DNA of 20,000 nt from an uncultured virus (IMG/VR IMGVR_UViG_3300003702_000449). Taxonomy: Duplodnaviria > Heunggongvirae > Uroviricota > Caudoviricetes. Shown piece after piece: positions 9,606 through 17,586 of this stretch (its first letter is position 1; the number at the start of each line of letters is the position of its first letter). Below the pieces are notes generated by a model, which ran no database searches, was not told the origin of the DNA, and worked only from the letters and a program-made list of their open reading frames with translations. Both the position numbers and the translations under genes were made by a program. Location of the stretch: IMG/VR virus record IMGVR_UViG_3300003702_000449. One strand, written 5' to 3'.

Positions 9606-9746
9606 TTAAATCTTAAATCCAGACTTCTTTGAACCCTTTTTCCGCCCTTTACTTATACCCTTAGCAATCTTCGAACCCTTTACGTGACCCATTAGCTTCT
9701 TAATTTCACTTGCTATTTTAGTGCCACTAACTTGTCCCTTGTACAT
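9606..9746 (-). CDS. Small Lys-rich basic protein (46 aa)
   Basis: Manual translation MYKGQVSGTKIASEIKKLMGHVKGSKIAKGISKGRKKGSKKSGFKI; AGGAAGGA upstream; fills the gap; its stop overlaps the next RBS (TAAGGAGG). Confidence 0.75.
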   Translation of the reverse strand: MYKGQVSGTKIASEIKKLMGHVKGSKIAKGISKGRKKGSKKSGFKI

Positions 9747-9758
9747 CTATTATCCTTC

Positions 9759-12700
9759 CTAACTTATAGCTAATCTAGACATCTCAGTTTTACTTTTTCT
9801 ATCCAAAGCCGTAGGATACATCTTATGGTAATAAGTCTTTCCTGCAACTCCACTAGTAACAAACACTGCTGTTAATTCCTTATCATCGTCCATAAGAACC
9901 ATAAAAGATTTATTGGTTGTATCCTTACCTTCTACATCACCCTCCCAGTGATCAAACTTCCAGCCTTTATTTGCAACAGCATTAACCTTAATCATTTTAC
10001 CAGTTGCAATCCTTCTAGTTTTAGGAACTCCTCTGCCTGCCCCAGTAGGAGTAGACTTAATAAGTAAGTTAGATATACTTGGATCGTCTGTATCTTCTTC
10101 TTCCCTTTCAGGTGTCCACCAAGCGGGCCTACGCCTACGTATAATCCTTTTAGGCTTAGGTTTTTGAGGTCTGCCTACAGATGTATCAGTTTCAGTAGTA
10201 GTACTTGTAGTAACCTCGGGTTCAGTCATAGTACTAGTTGTTATTTCTGGGACCGTTTGAGTAGTAGTACTAGTTGTTAAACTAGGAGTAGTAGTAGTAA
10301 ACTGAGTAGGACCTACTATTGGAGCAGTAAACTGGCTAGGAGTTCCAATAGGTTGCATAGACGGAGAACCTGTTGTAGGAGCAATACCTGGACCAATACC
10401 TGGACTAATACTTGGACCTATGCCAGGACCTATCTTTGGACCTGTTCCTGGACCTGTTCCAGGGGTTGTAGTAGGACCTACACCAGGAGAGACTCCCGGA
10501 CTTACTCCAGGTGAAGGACCCACACCAGGAGATATATCAGGAGATATACCAGGACCCTGCCATTGACCTGGACCCCTTACCGGACCAATAATAGGAAGGC
10601 CACCAGGAGTCTTAAGAGGATCTCCAACTTGTCTTCTCCCAGGAGTAGTGGGACTTATAGGCTCTATAATAGGCGTACTAGGAGCTATCCCAGGACGTCT
10701 AACAGGAGTAGTGGGAGTTTCAGGAGGAAGTCTCTCAGGCTGGATTTCTGGAGTTACTTTAGGTTTCTTACTAGGAGCTGAAATTGTCTCAGGATCTGGA
10801 GGAAATAGACGAGTACCAGGAGAAACCGCATCTATTGCCTCAGCATCAGGATCTGGTTCCAGTACCCAACCTACCCCAGGTACAAACCTACTAGGAGCAT
10901 CACTAGAAGTTAACATTACAGGAGTACTTAGACCCAAACCAGCAGTTATACCTGAAAGAGGTCCCATTACACCTTGAAATCTACTTATTTCAGCGTCTGG
11001 TATTCCAGATACAGTACCACGTCTCTTTAAGATTTTAGACCATTCTGCATCAGATCTACCACTAGCTGTTAATCCAGGAATATTAGCTTTCTGTCTGAAT
11101 GTTACAGGAACTATAGTGCCTTCATAACCCCCAGCCCAATCTGTACCTGTTGGAGTTATTTTATAAGGTTCTCCTACCTGGGCATAATCTCCTGGAGCAC
11201 CTTTACCAGCTTGTAGTCTAGAGCCAAGTTCCATGACTGCATCATCTGGTATATCATCTGCTAGTATAGGAGCTGCTCTACCTTCAGCAATTTGTAACCT
11301 ATCAAGAACAGCCCTATCTGCTGCACTAAGACCAGAATAAGCATCATCTGCTACTAGATCTATTCTACCAACCTCAAGAGTATATGCGTCTGCAGCATCA
11401 TCACCCCGACTCATGCTAATTCTTGAAGCTTCCTCATACTGCTCTTTAGTAAGCTTAGGAGTTTGAGGTTCACTAGCACTTTTCCCTGTTGGCCTGACAC
11501 GAGTATCTGCTACCTTAGCTGACCCTCCAGGACCCTTCCAGCCTCCTCCTGTTGGAGTTAGACTTGGACTTGGACCTCCAGATATAGGAGGACCACCAGG
11601 CTCCAAACCTGGAATCTCCCAGTCATCCCCTTTAACTACCTTAAACTCTGTTACTAATTCCTCAGCTTCTCCCTTAGTAAGGGCTGGTAAGACATCTACA
11701 CCTTCAGTAACCTCTGGCTTGCCAAAGTAAGCCATAGTAGTTCTTAGTATACCTTCCTCGTCTTCTGGAGTAGCCTCTACGAATTCCCTCCTCCTACTTA
11801 CATAGACTGTAGTATGCATAGTATCAGCATCTACTTCTCTGACTACTCTAAGATAAGGCTCATCAACATCACCCGCTTCTCTAGGAACTTTGTATCCAAC
11901 TATTTTACCTTCACCTGGATCAACAGCAGTTAAGGACTTCTGCCTAATAGGGATCCAACCCTGATCTTCAATATACTTTGCAGAAGGAACGTAATTAGGA
12001 AGTACATCCACCCACTCGATCTCCCCTTTTACCCCTCTAAAACTATATGCTATATTTTCTATAGCATCTGCAAAATCTGCACCACCCTGTACAGCAGCTG
12101 CTTGTAACATCTTAGCATCATTAAGATGTAAGACTCTTTTACCAACTAGTACATCTCCAGTCTCTTTAATAGTCTGAAGAGGATGCCTAATAACTCTTGT
12201 AACATCCTTCACTCCCTGCTTAGCTAAGGTAGGTAAAGGAGTCTTCCAAGTCTCACTAGCTATTGCAACTGAGCCTTTTACTACAGATTTTCCAGCAGCT
12301 ACATATCCTGGAAGTACTGCAGCCCCTCCAGGTCCAACAGGAACTGCCTTCATGAGGGTCTTATCTACCATTCCCCCCAAAGTCCCAATAACAGTTCCAG
12401 TCTCCTCAGCTGTCTTTACAACCTGTCTTCCACCAGCAGCTGCTATATCACTTATAGGTTCAGTAGCTCCCTTATATAGAAGTCGTCCACCAGCAGTAAA
12501 AGGACTAAGGATTCTAGATACTTCAGGGGCTCTAGCAGCTACTTGGCCAGGATAGGCTAAAGGCTCTAAAACTGCAACAGCTTTACCAACTGTTTCTCCT
12601 ACTGATATTTTACTACTTAATTGCCCAGGATAGGCTAGAGGTTCTACTGCCTTAACTGCAGAAATAACTCTACTTGATACTGCGGACGAAAGCTGATAAT

Positions 12701-15700
12701 CCGCAGTTGCAAGGGCTCTAGGAGCAGCTTTAATAGCACTTATTATCCTAGGAGCCCCTAACATTATATCAACTGCGCCTGCTTCTGCGACTCCAACAGT
12801 TGCTTTAGTACCTGCAATAATAGGCTTAGCAGCCATTCTAACAGGAGCAGTAATCAACTTAAGACCTAAAGTCGGAGCAACTATTCCCATACTAGCAGTT
12901 AATTTTGCTAATTCTCCAGCATTATGTACTGCTATAACTACTCTTTCTTGTAATTCCTTCTTAGTTAAGTGGGAGGGAGCAGTTCTTAAAGCATTAGCAG
13001 CAGTTCTTACAAAACCTGCCTTTAAAGGAGCAGTTGCAACACTTCCAGCACCTAATGTTGCTATAGTAACTACATCTAAGACTCCTGAAACCCCTATCAT
13101 GGCTAACTCAGCCTTAGTAAAACCTCCAGGAGCAGACCTTATAATAATTCTTAGAGTACCAACTACAGGTATGGCATCCATACCCATAGACTTAGCATGG
13201 TCTAAAAAGGACTTAGTCTTAGTATAGTTAGGACTATCAACTATTTTTTGTATGTCTGTATCATCAAGACCAGCACGTCTTAACTGCTCTTCAGTAGCTT
13301 CAAGTTGTCCACCTGCCATTAAAGCTGTTAAAACATCAGAACTAAAGCTAATATCCTTATATTTGGGAAGCTGATCCTCTCCACTTATAACCTCTCCCTG
13401 TTCCTGCATTACTCTATATGCAAATGAACCTGGTTCAGGTTTCCATGCCTCTTCTAAAGGTCTATCAGCTGACTGCCCAGTACTTACCTTCTCAAAATAC
13501 TCTTTCCATTCTGGTGAGCGTATTTGCCCACCCTCTGCAACAGTATTACCCTCACTGTTTTTAACCCACCTAATAGGTGTCTTAGCCAGATTATTAAACA
13601 GAAATTGGTCAAAAGATATACCCTTATCAGGTAATCTAGCTGCCTCCTCTTCCGGAGTACCAGCCATATGCCAATCTGCCATAGGTCCAAGAATTGCACT
13701 TGACATACTTCCAGTGTCTATTTCAATATCTTGAACTATATTAACGCCTGCTGTAGGTACTCCACCAGCAGCATCTAAGCCATCAGACCCTTTAATAGGA
13801 GTTCCATCAGGACTAAGTCCAGCTAAACTAAGTAGGTAACCTTTCTTATCATCATAGTCTACAAAGGCCCTATCATACTCTTCTAGTTTCTCTGGAGTTA
13901 GATCAGTATACTTAAAGAGAATCCTATCAGAAACTCCAGCCTCTCTAGCCCCATCTATGTCTATACCACCTTCTTCAGTCATAAATGGAGTTAACTCATA
14001 TAGGTCATTTACCTCTTCAGCGTCAAATTCAGCAAGAACAGCAGTAGTTTTAGGTGAATCAAACTTTAACCCGGGAGTTACTCGGTCTAGAGAACTACTC
14101 TTTAAAAAGGGTATAATACCCCCAGCTTCCTCAATCTGTATCCTAGATTGTTCTGCAGTTACAACTTTATCCCCTAAATCTGTCCTTAATTCAGCATCAG
14201 TGAATTTTCCACTACGGATAATTGCTGAAGTATCTATACCTCCAGGAGTAATTTCTTCAAAACCGTCCCAGTCATATGCAGGTTGATTATAAAAATCCTT
14301 ATATTTATCTACCTCTCTAACATAATCTTCAGGAAAGCCTGCTTCTAGAAAAGTATCTACAGTAACTGAAGGATCTTCTAATGCAAGAGCAACTTGGAAT
14401 CCATTTAGTGACGTAACAGTTCCAACAACTGACTTTATCTGATCCTGGGCTGCTTCTCGTATAGCCTTTTGTTCTTCAAAAGCTGCTACCTCTCTTTCAT
14501 AGATTATGATGTTAGCACCATCAGAAGCAGCCTGATTTATAGTATCTTCATCTAATCCAAGTATCCTTAGATCTGCAATAAGTCTACCATGCTCTGCAAA
14601 ACTGATTTTCTGAGCATCAGCACTCATTGTAGCTATATCTAAAGTAGCAGTATCCCGCATGCCAGAACCATCCATACGGTGTATACCTTGATACTTTGTG
14701 TATTTAGCTAAAGTAGTATCATATTCTTCCTGTCGTCTTAGATTCTCTTCTAGTATTAACTTATTTTGGGCCTCTATTAATAAATTTGCTTCGTCTTGCC
14801 TAGCTTGTGCCTCCTCATCAATTATCTCTTGCTGTTTTACTGCTTCAAGTACTTTCCGGTCTCTCTCAGCTACAGCAGCAGCTGCACTCCTTCTAAAATC
14901 ATATACTGCTGTAACTCCTTTAGCTATATCTCGACTACTGAGTCCAGCCTTCCTTAAGTCTTCAGCTTTTCCACCTGCCTTTATAATAGCATCAATCTGG
15001 TACATCCCATCTTTAACAAGATCTGGGAACTCTTCCTGAAGTTTATCTCCATACTTTATATTCTGTCTAAGTCTACTTACTTCTGACCGTCTCATGCCTA
15101 GAGCAAGAAGATCTGAAGTAGTTGCCCCACTTCTGATTGCTTTACTTACATCTAGACCACCATCTGTCATCCAGCCTTGATTTCTAAACTTATTAGCTGC
15201 CTGCCAATATGCAGATAACTGGTCCTCAGTCGCTGTTAGTGGATCCAGAACTGGAAGCTCCTCTTCTTTAAGAGGTTGATTTACAATATATGAAATGTCA
15301 AAATCAAGAGAGGCTATCTGCTTCTCTAAATCTGGAAGTAACTCTGTTAAACCTTTCCCTTGAGCATCTCTAGCCTGAGCTAATACTCCTTCTTTCTTCT
15401 CTTGAAGAGCATCTATCTGAGTTTTCTTCTCTTCCTCAGTCATAGCAATAGGAACTACAACAAGTACAGGAGCATCTGTAGTTTCAGCTAATTGAGCAGC
15501 ATAAGCTTCAGACTGTTCTAGAGTACCTTCATAGAAACCCTGTTTGTCTTCATCCCAGTATATATTATCTTGAATATAAGTAGGAACTAATTTAGCTTTT
15601 TCAGCTTCTTCTTCTATAACCTGTATTCTAGCTACTTCTGCATCTGCAACTTCCTGGACCTTTCTAACTTCTATTGCACGGGCCTTCGATATTATATTCT

Positions 15701-16103
15701 GTCTGTCTTCTTCAGTATAGGCACCCTTTCTAACATCTGACTTAGTAGTTGCTATTATCTCTTCTATATAATCAGAGTCTGGTTCAGGGTCCTCCTCTTC
15801 AACTGAAGAATCCTCAACTTCTGTTGCTTCTGTAACTTCTGTAACTTCTATAGTACCTGAGGTCTCTGCAGGCTGGGAATCAGAAGTACCAACATCAGTA
15901 CCATCATCATCTACTGCAGGACTGTCAGCATAAATCTCAGGTGATCCTACATCAAGAGCTCCATCTGTATCAAAGTGCTCCTCAGATAAATTCCAATCCG
16001 CAGGACTATAGTCCACATCGGAAACTGCAGAGATAACCTGCTCATCTTCCTCAGTGGTCCAAGGATCAGATCCTGGTGTTGTGGACGGAGGCCTATTAGC
16101 CAT
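9759..16103 (-). CDS. Giant 2114-aa protein: acidic N-terminus, coiled coils, helical repeats, hydrophobic hairpin, Pro/Gly and Thr-rich tracts, C-terminal InlB B-repeat-like domain; putative virion internal/entry protein
   Basis: Long ORF without signal peptide; C-terminal IKVNAVANKGWKFDHWEGD...MDDDKELTAVF matches the divergent InlB B-repeat (Flg_new-type) pattern; function is inferred. Confidence 0.9.
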   Translation of the reverse strand: MANRPPSTTPGSDPWTTEEDEQVISAVSDVDYSPADWNLSEEHFDTDGALDVGSPEIYADSPAVDDDGTDVGTSDSQPAETSGTIEVTEVTEATEVEDSSVEEEDPEPDSDYIEEIIATTKSDVRKGAYTEEDRQNIISKARAIEVRKVQEVADAEVARIQVIEEEAEKAKLVPTYIQDNIYWDEDKQGFYEGTLEQSEAYAAQLAETTDAPVLVVVPIAMTEEEKKTQIDALQEKKEGVLAQARDAQGKGLTELLPDLEKQIASLDFDISYIVNQPLKEEELPVLDPLTATEDQLSAYWQAANKFRNQGWMTDGGLDVSKAIRSGATTSDLLALGMRRSEVSRLRQNIKYGDKLQEEFPDLVKDGMYQIDAIIKAGGKAEDLRKAGLSSRDIAKGVTAVYDFRRSAAAAVAERDRKVLEAVKQQEIIDEEAQARQDEANLLIEAQNKLILEENLRRQEEYDTTLAKYTKYQGIHRMDGSGMRDTATLDIATMSADAQKISFAEHGRLIADLRILGLDEDTINQAASDGANIIIYEREVAAFEEQKAIREAAQDQIKSVVGTVTSLNGFQVALALEDPSVTVDTFLEAGFPEDYVREVDKYKDFYNQPAYDWDGFEEITPGGIDTSAIIRSGKFTDAELRTDLGDKVVTAEQSRIQIEEAGGIIPFLKSSSLDRVTPGLKFDSPKTTAVLAEFDAEEVNDLYELTPFMTEEGGIDIDGAREAGVSDRILFKYTDLTPEKLEEYDRAFVDYDDKKGYLLSLAGLSPDGTPIKGSDGLDAAGGVPTAGVNIVQDIEIDTGSMSSAILGPMADWHMAGTPEEEAARLPDKGISFDQFLFNNLAKTPIRWVKNSEGNTVAEGGQIRSPEWKEYFEKVSTGQSADRPLEEAWKPEPGSFAYRVMQEQGEVISGEDQLPKYKDISFSSDVLTALMAGGQLEATEEQLRRAGLDDTDIQKIVDSPNYTKTKSFLDHAKSMGMDAIPVVGTLRIIIRSAPGGFTKAELAMIGVSGVLDVVTIATLGAGSVATAPLKAGFVRTAANALRTAPSHLTKKELQERVVIAVHNAGELAKLTASMGIVAPTLGLKLITAPVRMAAKPIIAGTKATVGVAEAGAVDIMLGAPRIISAIKAAPRALATADYQLSSAVSSRVISAVKAVEPLAYPGQLSSKISVGETVGKAVAVLEPLAYPGQVAARAPEVSRILSPFTAGGRLLYKGATEPISDIAAAGGRQVVKTAEETGTVIGTLGGMVDKTLMKAVPVGPGGAAVLPGYVAAGKSVVKGSVAIASETWKTPLPTLAKQGVKDVTRVIRHPLQTIKETGDVLVGKRVLHLNDAKMLQAAAVQGGADFADAIENIAYSFRGVKGEIEWVDVLPNYVPSAKYIEDQGWIPIRQKSLTAVDPGEGKIVGYKVPREAGDVDEPYLRVVREVDADTMHTTVYVSRRREFVEATPEDEEGILRTTMAYFGKPEVTEGVDVLPALTKGEAEELVTEFKVVKGDDWEIPGLEPGGPPISGGPSPSLTPTGGGWKGPGGSAKVADTRVRPTGKSASEPQTPKLTKEQYEEASRISMSRGDDAADAYTLEVGRIDLVADDAYSGLSAADRAVLDRLQIAEGRAAPILADDIPDDAVMELGSRLQAGKGAPGDYAQVGEPYKITPTGTDWAGGYEGTIVPVTFRQKANIPGLTASGRSDAEWSKILKRRGTVSGIPDAEISRFQGVMGPLSGITAGLGLSTPVMLTSSDAPSRFVPGVGWVLEPDPDAEAIDAVSPGTRLFPPDPETISAPSKKPKVTPEIQPERLPPETPTTPVRRPGIAPSTPIIEPISPTTPGRRQVGDPLKTPGGLPIIGPVRGPGQWQGPGISPDISPGVGPSPGVSPGVSPGVGPTTTPGTGPGTGPKIGPGIGPSISPGIGPGIAPTTGSPSMQPIGTPSQFTAPIVGPTQFTTTTPSLTTSTTTQTVPEITTSTMTEPEVTTSTTTETDTSVGRPQKPKPKRIIRRRRPAWWTPEREEEDTDDPSISNLLIKSTPTGAGRGVPKTRRIATGKMIKVNAVANKGWKFDHWEGDVEGKDTTNKSFMVLMDDDKELTAVFVTSGVAGKTYYHKMYPTALDRKSKTEMSRLAIS
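10380..10575 (-). repeat. Degenerate 12-nt tandem repeat encoding (G/S)PG(I/V/T) tetrapeptides
   Basis: GPGISPDISPGVGPSPGVSPGVSPGVGPTTTPGTGPGTGPKIGPGIGPSISPGIGPGIAP. Confidence 0.8.
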
Positions 16104-16213
16104 TAAATCTTACCCATAGAGATTATAAGATGCAAAAAGGAACTAAGCCACTTCGTGCTTAATTCTCTCCGAATACTGAATCCAGAAGTTATTAGAGGAA
16201 CTCTACTAACCAT
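16103..16213 (-). CDS. Possible 36-aa peptide
   Basis: MVSRVPLITSGFSIRRELSTKWLSSFLHLIISMGKI; fills the gap exactly, its TAA overlaps the ATG of the 2114-aa gene (TAATG); GAGG upstream. Confidence 0.5.
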   Translation of the reverse strand: MVSRVPLITSGFSIRRELSTKWLSSFLHLIISMGKI

Positions 16214-16216
16214 TAA

Positions 16217-16375
16217 TTAGATATCCCTCATAGATATCTTTTTAGACTTTCCCTTAAGTACTGGTTTTCCTCTCATCTTAGCAAGTTTCTTTATTATATC
16301 AGAAGACTTACTCTTTTTTACCACATCCTGATAAGTGGAAGACACTTTTGGTACTAATCCAGCTTTCTTAGCCAT
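16217..16375 (-). CDS. Small Lys-rich basic protein (52 aa)
   Basis: Manual translation MAKKAGLVPKVSSTYQDVVKKSKSSDIIKKLAKMRGKPVLKGKSKKISMRDI. Confidence 0.75.
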   Translation of the reverse strand: MAKKAGLVPKVSSTYQDVVKKSKSSDIIKKLAKMRGKPVLKGKSKKISMRDI

Positions 16376-16397
16376 TTACCATACCCTGTATCCTTCA

Positions 16398-16577
16398 TTA
16401 CATGCTCTTGTCCCAGTACAGACTGGCATTTCCAACATTCCTCTTCTTGCTAATCCTACTAAGACCTTTTTTGATACCTTTACGTTTCCTAGAATTAGAT
16501 TTCTTAACAGCTTTCTTAAATCCTTTATTATCAGCCTTCTTAAGTTTATACTTACGGCCATCCCCTACAGTAGCCAT
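16398..16577 (-). CDS. Small Lys/Arg-rich basic protein (59 aa)
   Basis: Manual translation MATVGDGRKYKLKKADNKGFKKAVKKSNSRKRKGIKKGLSRISKKRNVGNASLYWDKSM; ATG 3 nt after the upstream stop; preferred over the overlapping 61-aa track ORF. Confidence 0.7.
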   Translation of the reverse strand: MATVGDGRKYKLKKADNKGFKKAVKKSNSRKRKGIKKGLSRISKKRNVGNASLYWDKSM

Positions 16578-16580
16578 TAC

Positions 16581-16838
16581 TTACTCATCACTTTGAAATA
16601 TAATATATCCAGATCTACTAGCAGCCTCAAAGGTACTCTTCCAATGATCCACATTAGGACGATTAGACTTTAAAAAGACTTTTAGAACTGCACTCATACT
16701 GATTCCATCATTATCAGACACCAGATCTAATACTGCATACTCAGATTCATTAGCTTCAATACCATAGGCTCCTACTCCACTTCTTAATTCATAGAGTCTC
16801 TGAGAACCATCTTCAGTAATAAAAACTCTTCTATCCAC
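16581..16838 (-). CDS. Small winged-helix-like protein (85 aa)
   Basis: EYAVLDLVSDNDGISMSAVLK...TFEAASRSGYI pattern; similar to neighbour 16831-17130. Confidence 0.7.
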   Translation of the reverse strand: MDRRVFITEDGSQRLYELRSGVGAYGIEANESEYAVLDLVSDNDGISMSAVLKVFLKSNRPNVDHWKSTFEAASRSGYIIFQSDE

Positions 16839-17130
16839 TGATTTCTATATAACCTTTTCTAATAAGACTAGTGACTAATTTACTTTTATCCATAGACGAT
16901 AAAGTATCCAAATCAGCAGAGTCTACCATATCATCAAAAAATTCACTAGTAGTTACTTGGTAAGGAGTCCCAGAACTCCAAACACTCGCTAAGGCTAAAG
17001 TATCTAGAAGTTCATACTCTCTATAAGCATCAATTCCTAAACGTCTTGTAGGATCCTCAGAATTTTCAATAACTAACTTAAGTCCACTTAAATAGTCTTT
17101 ACCAGAATGTGTAAGTTGAACATATTTCAT
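16831..17130 (-). CDS. Small winged-helix-like protein (99 aa)
   Basis: YVQLTHSGKDYL...EYELLDTL...LVTSLIRKGYIEI pattern. Confidence 0.7.
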   Translation of the reverse strand: MKYVQLTHSGKDYLSGLKLVIENSEDPTRRLGIDAYREYELLDTLALASVWSSGTPYQVTTSEFFDDMVDSADLDTLSSMDKSKLVTSLIRKGYIEISG

Positions 17131-17150
17131 TAGTTATTCCAAATATATAC

Positions 17151-17195
17151 AAAAAATTAGGGAACAGACAAGCTTTTAAACCTGCCTGTCCCCTA
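17151..17195 (-). terminator. Rho-independent terminator after the capsid-like gene
   Basis: Minus-strand RNA UAGGGGACAGGCAGG-UUUAAAAG-CUUGUCUGUUCCCUA-AUUUUUU: 15-bp stem whose three G-U wobbles only pair on the minus strand, followed by a U6 tract. Confidence 0.9.
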
Positions 17196-17221
17196 GATGT
17201 ACTTCCCTGAACCTTGAATGA

Positions 17222-17419
17222 CTAGTCTGTAGAACCAGAAATCCACGCAACAGCACCCATCAAGATAACAGCGACGAAGACGTAAGGCAGGACAGAAATA
17301 AGCGCCTCAAGTCCGTCAGGAGCCGTGGTAGGTACTGCAGTAATAGTCTCCAAAATCGTAGGAATCAGGGTGACACCAACGACAATGGAAATCATGATAC
17401 CAATCAGAATTGCAACCAT
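17222..17419 (-). CDS. Putative major capsid protein, spindle-shaped virus (SSV1 VP1-like) two-helix hydrophobic fold
   Basis: 65 aa; helix 1 ILIGIMISIVVGVTLIPTI, short polar loop, helix 2 ALISVLPYVFVAVILMGAV; the GhxLhPxI and LhxhhPhhh motifs match my recollection of fusellovirus VP1/VP3; own promoter, RBS and terminator; distinct codon usage. Confidence 0.7.
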   Translation of the reverse strand: MVAILIGIMISIVVGVTLIPTILETITAVPTTAPDGLEALISVLPYVFVAVILMGAVAWISGSTD

Positions 17420-17429
17420 TGTTCTTTTT

Positions 17430-17435
17430 CCTCCT
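17430..17435 (-). promoter_or_regulatory. Shine-Dalgarno AGGAGG of the capsid-like gene
   Basis: TAATAGGAGGAAAAAGAACAATG, 10-nt A-rich spacer. Confidence 0.9.
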
Positions 17436-17535
17436 ATTACTAACTAGAGGCCCCACCGGGCTCCTTGAGGTGCTGCCCACATCGTACGGTCCGAACCCAG
17501 AACTTTATTGATATGTCCCAGAACCTTCAATGTCT

Positions 17536-17564
17536 ATTATAAAGGAAAAATCCAGATCTGTCAA
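17536..17564 (-). promoter_or_regulatory. Perfect sigma70/sigmaA consensus promoter
   Basis: Minus strand TTGACA (17564-17559), 17-nt spacer GATCTGGATTTTTCCTT, TATAAT (17541-17536), intergenic and upstream of the capsid-like gene. Confidence 0.92.
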
Positions 17565-17586
17565 ACAATGATATGGGATTTCAAAG

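Noticed and set aside
10180..10580. CRISPR-like or non-coding repeat array
   Set aside because: Repeats are degenerate, in frame and encode Pro/Gly/Thr tracts; no repeat-spacer structure.
13484..13699. 71-aa minus ORF nested in the 2114-aa gene
   Set aside because: Out-of-frame overlap without independent support.
843..15039. Plus-strand track ORFs (843-1103, 1521-1805, 4878-5075, 9363-9632, 10563-10781, 10648-10977, 12352-12555, 13957-14286, 14698-15039)
   Set aside because: Antisense shadows of long minus-strand genes; no RBS or recognisable motifs.
16376..16561. 61-aa minus-strand track ORF MAVSINLRRL...
   Set aside because: The alternative frame 16398-16577 is coupled to the upstream stop and gives a Lys-rich protein like its neighbours; the 61-aa frame is probably its shadow, though not excluded.
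17222..17419. Flp/type IV pilin, inovirus pVIII or holin interpretation of the 65-aa protein
   Set aside because: No prepilin G/xxxxE(Y) motif, no basic C-terminal tail, and two hydrophobic helices; strong standalone expression is unlike a holin. A conjugative-pilin-like fold is not fully excluded.
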